This document shows positions 12,945 through 20,000 of a DNA stretch of 20,000 bases, in pieces. The stretch is from Catajapyx aquilonaris (taxonomy: Eukaryota). Each line of letters begins with the position of its first letter. Positions within the stretch are counted from its first letter, which is position 1. Where the stretch lies: contig JYFJ02001426.1 in the NCBI GenBank assembly GCA_000934665.2, forward strand, positions 60,471-80,470. Direction: 5' to 3'. A program made the translations under genes and the position numbers. A model generated the notes under the pieces. It did not search any database. It saw nothing but the letters and a program-made list of their open reading frames with translations, and was not told the origin of the DNA.

Positions 12945-13461
12945 ACTCTGCGGCTCAAAAAATAGCAGCCTCAACTTAAGCATTGCATGAAGCGAAACCA
13001 TATAATTTTTGGATGACAGCTGACAATAATATGCAGAGTAGCAGTGTGGTTGTAATGTACAGTACGCAATTGTGTTACCCCACTTGTCAACATCCTTTAA
13101 AGCAATGTTTCCTCTGCCCAGCAACAGTGCCTTCCAAAATCAGGCGTCGTCTCCGTCGACCCCCCCTCTACCCACCTATCCCTGCTGGGTATAGAGGAAA
13201 AGCCTTTTTCCCAGGCTGCATGGATCGATGTGAAGCCAGCGAGCACGAGGTCCGCGAGTGATCACAGGTTGCGGGGAGGGGGGGATAGAGGAGGGCTTTT
13301 GGAGGGTCGGTGGGGGTGCACAGCAGGATGGGGGAGTTGGACTGGATGGAACCAACCAGTAGCCAGAGCATCGGCGGTACTGCATCCGAAGAGAGTGGTC
13401 CGGAACAGCTGATCGCTCCGAGTGTGACAAGGGGACGAGGGGTCGTCTCTTTGCGACCGAC

Positions 13462-16400
13462 ATGCCCATCAAAGAGGACGACCAAAAGACCAGGTCAGTT
13501 GAGGTGGAATTTTTGGCCAAGTTTAGGAACCATACGAATCGAAAATCATGAAACGAGAATAATTGTAATAAGCAAATCATTATGGGGAATAATGGACAGA
13601 GTGTAATTAAGAAAAGTTGGAATTTTCGTACCACTGCTAGACTTCACTGCTAACTTATATCAGTAGGTCTATCACTATTGGCCATGGTACTGCTAAGTTA
13701 GCAGTAACTAGCAGTAGGAAGAAAATTCGACACAGAATGACGAGTGGGCCAAACGACAAAATTATTGTAAGAATGTGACACTAAGTTTTTTTCCCCCGCA
13801 ATTTGAATTCGTAATTGAAGGTGTTTCCCAGTGTGTGTTGGGTGTGACTCATAATTTTGGTCATTGTGTAATGTTCTGTGTACCGGTAACCTAATTCTTC
13901 GGGAAGCAAACAGGAAGATGTTTCACAATCAATTTTACAAGGGTGGGAATAAGAGGGAATGACGTGTTGTTAGAAAAGTTGTCATACTGACAACATGGAA
14001 GCTGCACAGTTTGTAGTATCATATCGCACACCAAGTAAAATAATACGTCCATTCATTAGATACCCGAATCACGGAATTTCCGGATAATTCGTATCCGACA
14101 TTGATAGTGATTATAAGTCCGGTTCCGCATCGATTTGGTAAGTAAAAGGAGACTTTCTGTGCTCAACGTCGGTACAACCCAGCTGGAAGGTGGGCTCGGT
14201 TATTGATTGACGTCAACGAGGCTAACGACACACCGTACCTGCCGTCCTCACGGAATCTGGGTATATATACACCGGATTTGGATCGTAACCCCTTAAGGGA
14301 CCGATTGGAAATTGATCAATTCGAGGGTTAATGCCCGGACCCCCCATGGTACGATCCGTAAATAACTACCGGTACTCAATTTACTTGCTGCCAATCAATT
14401 AGTTGCAGGTATAGCATAAGTAGTTTCACGCATGTTTTGTATAATAATTGAAATTCTTGGTGTATTGTTGTGTATAGACCGGAAGCCCTGCAGTCAAGTG
14501 AGAGCCAGCCCAGGATGCATAAGCTGTGCAAACAGGTCAGCATCGAGAGTCCCGGCCCTGTCCTGAAGGATTGTGTGTTCAGCTTCGACGTCCCTGTGCC
14601 AGATGTTCCTTCGGCGGGTGCAAGGATCAAGGTGATTTCATTTCCTCAAATAGTTCAATCGGCTTTGTTACTTGTTTCGGTCGGGACTGGTGTTCCCTGA
14701 AAATGAAAAACAGATTTTGGGGCCAATCTGCAGGATTAGAGTGTGTGCACGTGCAGATAACACTGATGTGTTCGAAAAATGTGTCACGGCTCGGCACTGA
14801 AAAGTCTGAAGTACGACCATAATATCCGGAGACAGGCCGCGGTACAATAGGAAATTCGTGTGTTATCAGTCGCTTTAAAGTCCGCGGCACGAACGACTCG
14901 TAACGATGACACATACCAAGCAAGGGCAAAAGCTTGGAACGGTCGTGGTTTCTGTTTGACCTTCCAGCTGAAGAAGACGTATATGCACATGTTACGTACA
15001 GTTTTTGATGAGACCTCGACGACAGCCAGGATACGCGTTGCCGTCGTTGCGCATCTGCGTCTCTTGATTGCAAGATTATTGCGCTCCAATGGACCCCACG
15101 GGTCGCCTCCTTTCAAATGACCTCACTGCGTCTCGGTGTAACCTGCTTAAATATGCCAGTGCACACGGTATTTTAACGTGTGTTTACCACGTCAGTCACG
15201 GTTACGTAATGAGCTACACCGTCTACCTGTTCCGAGATTGAAGCGGAAGTTTGGCCAAATGCGGCGGTTATGTTCAACCTGCCACAAAGTGTGCCCTTAA
15301 TCTCGCTAAATCTTGCATTGCTGTGAATAGGATAATGAAGGCGGCAATGTGTTGGCGGTGGTATGTCGTGAGCTGCCCAGCACATCCCGCAACCCACACA
15401 ATATCCTGCCACTGCACTGGCAGATTGTAGATGCAGTGTGTGGTATTAGCATAGTCTAAACATGATTTTTTTGAATGGGAGATTTTTAACAGCCTGTCGG
15501 TGCATATAGATATGCAGTCAAATTGATTTATCACTTTGGCATTCACTTTGAAGAACGAGAGTCACGTTAAAAATTAGAGAAGCTGAGTTCTGCCTCCCAC
15601 TGGCACCGAGCACAGCAAATTCCTTCTCCATGCATCATAATCAATTCATTACAGCCCATTGATTGAGCACCCTTGTTTACAATGGCCTAGCTTTTGACAT
15701 AGTGTTTTGCAAGAGCTTTTCACCTCAACTGCATGGTTGGCATATTTTTGTCCACTTTCCTTCCTGTGGGATGTGTACCTAGTGCGCTGTACAGTATACT
15801 ACTCCAGCATGTGCCAATAAATATGTATGATGCTTCCCAGGTGATATGTGCAGGAGCATGCTACCGGCTTCAGAGGATGCCGTCCACATCCAGCCTTTGC
15901 AGCACCTCTAGTGTGTCCAGTCTCAGCAGCCTCAGTGGCGCCAGCGAGGGAGCAGCTGGGATCAGCCCTGTGCCAGTCCCACAAAGCCCTGCCCATCATG
16001 GAGTCAGGGACACCTCACTGTACCCTGGGTACGAAGTTGCAGGAATTGTTGACGCATTGGGAGATGAGTTCCCACCAGACCAGGAGGGGCATTTGGCCAT
16101 TGGGGACAAAGTGGTTGTCTACCCTTATGATGGGGTACCTCCAGGGTCAGTACTTCCAATTATTTGGCATGGCCAATGTCATGGATGGTTGTTGTTCAAC
16201 AGGTATCCAGAGTACCTGACTGTTCCGGAGCTGCAATACCTCATCAAGATTCCAGACAGCATGGACCTAAGTGTGGCTGCCATGCTACCTACAGGAGCTC
16301 TTTGTGCCATGAACACCGTCTTGGTTGCACAACAGCACGTAAAGAAGTTCCTTGAGCATCGTGGAGATAACTGTTAGTGGCACATCCTCATAATATGCAG

Positions 16401-17233
16401 TCTTCTCCATATAGGGATTGAGTTAATTTGCCATTTTATTGCAGCCAAATGTGGGGTCCTAATCGTGGGCACAGGTGGTCTGGCGCTATGGGCAATTCGA
16501 ATTGCCCGCTACTACTTCCTAGACTTACAAGACAGGGTAGACATTACTGTGGCTTCACTTCGCGATGAAGGTTTCATGCTGGCGAAAGAGCTGGACAAGT
16601 ATGGAAACATGATGGTGAATGTTCCATTTTCAAACAACTCAAAATACTTTTAATTTATTCCAAGGGTCAACGTTGTCCAGTGGAATGAAGACTGCTATGA
16701 GAAGGTGCTGATCGAAAGAACCAAAGACGCTTGTGGAGGAGAGGTTGATATAGTCATTGACTTTGGAACCAGCTCTCGGAGTCTGCACAGGTCTCTCCAG
16801 TGCCTTGGAAAGGTCAGGCTGAGTCAATATGGACTGCTCATTGGCTATGTTTCTAGCGAGCTGCCACATTGTATGTTTTTCTTCCCAGAATGGAGTTGTG
16901 TTTATCAGTGCAGAAGTGGCTGAGAGACTGCAGCCCAAATTCAGCCAGCTGGCCAAAGGGAGGCAGCAGAGCATCAAATCTGTTGAGATGGGAACCTTGG
17001 AGCAGTTGACAACTCTTGTTCAGTTGGTTGCTAACAGACAGGTATGAGATTGCAATGGACAGCACTATACGATGGTGTCACACAGCCGACTTATGCTGAC
17101 TTAATATTTTCAGATAATCCCTCCACCACACACGGTCTTCCCAGCAGAAGAAGCCGGAGAGGTGGTTAAGAAGTTGTGCAAGGCAGAAATTCACGGAAGG
17201 GCAATCCTGAGATTTCATTCCAATGAGTACTGA
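13462..17233 (+). CDS. Drat: Drat-like medium-chain dehydrogenase/reductase (zinc-ADH fold) protein, 411 aa, 8 coding exons
   Basis: Exons 13462-13493, 14478-14631, 15841-16145, 16203-16372, 16445-16598, 16665-16812, 16889-17041, 17114-17233 (TGA); total 1236 nt, in frame. MDR hallmarks: ARIKVICAGAC, YPGYEVAGIVDALG, IGDKVVV, LIKIPDSMDLSVAAMLP, VLIVGTGGLA (Rossmann), VDIVIDF, C-terminal GRAIL. The symbol is from recalled similarity to Drosophila CG1600/Drat. Exon 1 and the start codon are less certain; an alternative ATG lies at 14515. Confidence 0.85.
13620..13728. repeat. Nested inverted repeat (foldback) built from ACTGCTA units
   Basis: GAATTTTC(13620-27)/GAAAATTC(13721-28), ACTGCTAG(13633-40)/CTAGCAGT(13708-15), ACTGCTAACTT(13646-56)/AAGTTAGCAGT(13695-705). 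Confidence 0.75.
14207..14216. promoter_or_regulatory. Palindromic CRE in intron 1
   Basis: TTGACGTCAA contains the full CRE TGACGTCA. Confidence 0.45.
14746..14755. promoter_or_regulatory. Canonical E-box in intron 2
   Basis: 10-bp palindrome TGCACGTGCA with a CACGTG core. Confidence 0.35.
15187..15210. promoter_or_regulatory. Adjacent UPRE/CREB3-type site and PAR-bZIP site in intron 2
   Basis: CCACGTCA at 15187-15194 (TGACGTGG on the minus strand) and GTTACGTAAT at 15201-15210 (10/10 match to RTTAYGTAAY). Confidence 0.45.
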
Positions 17234-19625
17234 ATTCCTTCTCACTGACAGTAACAAAAAAAAGAATGGTTTCACAATTTTGGTAAGTGCTCCTCCTTTA
17301 CCCAAGTGTGTCCTGAATTGTTTATTTACCACAGGGCCATAGTTACAAGCATTAGGATTGTCTCCATAGGCAATCAAATGCAAGGGACTAAATTACCAAA
17401 CCGTAGGACCATGCATTTGACCCAAGGTGCAGTGCAGGTTATATTGATTGAGGCATGCACATTTTGTACTTCTTAAACCTGATTGACTTTTGTCACAATG
17501 CCCTGACTTTTATTGAGTGCACTGGGTTTATTTTAGTTGTGACTGTGCAATCAGTCAAGAAGGGCACAGTATCGCGTACTGAGAGGTGTTGTTGTTCCCA
17601 TCCGTAAATGGGTGAATATAAAAGCTTACTTAAAATATAGCAGCATAGACATGAGAATTAGGAAGAATTGTTTTTTTCTTGTTAGCGTTGTTTTTTTTTG
17701 TGTGTAATCCACAGTCAGTTTTTGTGTGACATACATTAGAGTATAGACTTTCAACAAATACATGTGTAAAATGACTTGGAATTTGCAAGTGGAGTTGGCT
17801 TTTGCCTGTGATCAGTGTGCTGCAAAAACCCGAGAACTCAAATATCCATTCATGTCAGCTGATTTGTGATATTTGTACATAGTGAAGGCCACCTTCCAAA
17901 TTCATAAGAAGGAGTCCCAAAACTGTCCTCTTCTTCACTGTCGTGTTTCCCCGATATAATTACTCATGGCTCGCTTTGTCTCAAGTGCCCATTGGGGGTA
18001 TTGTAGATGGTTTCCACCGACTTCTTTCTTTCAAGGTTCATTTCGATGGCCATAACTGCTTCAGATAATCTTGAACTGCATGTACATTTTGAAGCTGCAT
18101 GTGATAGTTAAGAAAACCATGTCAAGCCATTCATAGACTTTTACTGTAGAAAACAATTAGAAGTCTACAAGTCAATTATTTAAAAAAACACTGTACAGCA
18201 TAATGTGCTGTAATTCAGTGGAGGAAAACATGTAGAGTACGTATACTCGCACACACACACTTTTCCCAGCCCCAGCCTGAAGAAACAGTTCCTCCTTCTT
18301 GCTTCATGTCTTCTTCAGTTCATTAACCATGTAATTGTATAGGCATGTAATGCGCAAATAGCGCTTACTCATGGGAGGAATATTATCTGTAATGGCAATC
18401 ATTGCGCAGCATGGGATGTATGTAGGCCTACTTATTTTGTGGGGTGATCATTATACTTGATGTAGTGTGCCAGCAGTAATGTAACATTTTCATAAGTAGA
18501 TATATTTGTAACAATAATATACTTTATTGCTTCAAAGGAAAAAAAAAAAAATATGTAAAAGATACGCCAGGTACATCGAACCACTATTGTTCCCTTTTGC
18601 AAATGTTTCCTCCTGGCTGGCTCGAGGTCCAAGTATTCATTGCTCTTTTATTATCCGTACCATAACTTCACTTGACAATTTCTTTTTGCTATTGTTAATA
18701 TGAGTGTTAGTCAGGTTACCTACATTGCAAATTCCATTGTGTGTTTGCACTGCAGTACATTGTACACAAGGAGGAGGAACAGTTGTTGTCAGTTGTCATT
18801 TAGATTTGCAGAATGCAGAGTGTCATAAAACAACCATTATGAAATGTAGAATATAGACGCATGTCTGGCAGGGATTGTAATTGTGGCAGCGTTATATTTT
18901 GTTGCAAATAGAAGGTAGCCCAGGTAGCACAAAAAGTGTGAACAGATAGTTGAAGGGATAATGATGAACTTGTTACTGCTTTGTAATGCAGTGGTCATTG
19001 TTGTGCAACCTCAGACAACTCATGTGAATGGCTCGTGTAATTTATAATAATATTTTTTTTTTTGCAAATGACAAGAGCAAGTCACATATGGCACAAATAT
19101 ACCTGTACCAAAATCCAGTCTGAAATATGCTGCTCATTCAAGGTGCTGTACAGTACTTAGATAATACAGGATATCCATGGTCCTGTAGATGTAAACATCC
19201 AGCTTTTTATCAGGTGCATCAGAGAATTATCAATGATTAAAACACTCCTATGTGATTTTGTATACATGTAGCCAGGAAGCAGAAAAATTAAGAGTTACAG
19301 GAAGGGTGTGCACGAGTTGGACCTGAAACATTTTATTACAAACTTTTCAAAATTGGTGTCTATTATTAGCATGCTTGGATGAGCTTCCTTGTTGTAATAG
19401 CGTGTACTCTACCACATAGTGAAGCCGTACATCTTTGAACAGGCCCTTTAAAACCATACAGTTTGACCACTGAGTGATTGCGTAGTATTTGCATGGCCCA
19501 TAACAATTAGTATTACTGATGAAACGGTGTCATGTACTGTACATTATTGTTGTAAATGGGAATGTAAATTTTTGTAAATGTACAAAAACCCAAAGAAGAA
19601 TAAATGAACCACATTTATGAAACGT
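17234..19625 (+). other. Long (about 2.4 kb) 3' UTR of the Drat-like gene (inferred)
   Basis: No credible ORF. The sequence is TGT/TGTA-rich. The first canonical AATAAA I found after the stop codon is at 19599-19604. Confidence 0.55.
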
Positions 19626-19660
19626 TGAAATCAAAATTTTGGTTGTTAATTTATTTTAGC
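19533..19660 (+). terminator. Polyadenylation signal of the Drat-like gene
   Basis: Six TGTA motifs (19533, 19538, 19551, 19563, 19573, 19579), then AATAAA at 19599-19604, then a T/GT-rich tract (ttttggttgttaatttatttt) from 19637. Confidence 0.65.
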
Positions 19661-20000
19661 CAATGTCATTTATTCCTTATTGTTATTTTTAGAGCATGAT
19701 GTGGTCTCTACTGGTCTCTCTACTCGTCAACAGCAGCCGCAATGGTCGACAGTGAATTTGTTGTCAAAATTTTTATTCCTCTACTTGTACTGTAGCTCAC
19801 TAGAAAAACAAAGTTATTCCAATCTCTTACAACTTGGAGGGTCACAAACACTGACGATATACTCTGAAAATTCTCTGCACTTGGCACACAAAAATTCGTA
19901 CACGTAATGGGGAACTAGCCTTCATTTTGGAAACTACATAATAAATTCGCCCATATTTTTTGGATTTTTTTGGCATATTCCGTTTTAAGATATCAGTTCC

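Noticed and set aside
14627..15546. ORFs of 79-148 aa in intron 2 of the Drat-like gene
   Set aside because: No recognisable domains or transposase motifs; expected in CpG/GC-richer noncoding DNA.
19680..20000. 75-aa ORF, short TGGTCTCT duplication and T-rich tail
   Set aside because: No coding signature, and too little sequence at the window edge to call a gene or mobile element.

Overview
Eukaryotic (arthropod-type) genomic DNA carrying two spliced + strand genes in tandem. (1) 1-11630 is the 3' part of the giant muscle protein projectin/twitchin (bent/unc-22 family). I reconstructed 28 exons by hand, all with GT-AG introns; they join into one frame of 7638 nt (2545 aa plus stop). The order is 10 Fn3 and 6 Ig domains, an intact titin-like kinase with its regulatory tail, 2 Ig, a unique Ser/Thr/Pro linker and 3 Ig, followed by a 3' UTR of about 0.9 kb. 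(2) About 12940-19625 is an 8-coding-exon gene for a 411-aa medium-chain dehydrogenase/reductase (MDR)-fold protein resembling Drosophila Drat. It lacks the zinc machinery, carries a Ser-rich phosphorylation cassette and has a 3' UTR of about 2.4 kb. Projectin looks ordinary. The unusual material is the regulatory architecture of the Drat-like gene: a uORF-dense, ATF4-like leader, a start codon inside a hairpin loop, perfect PAR-bZIP/CRE/UPRE/E-box motifs in a CpG-rich region, an intronic foldback element and K-boxes in the 3' UTR. Gene names come from recalled similarity, not database searches. Transcript ends and all regulatory functions are inferences. No prokaryotic system, CRISPR array, tRNA or rRNA was seen.
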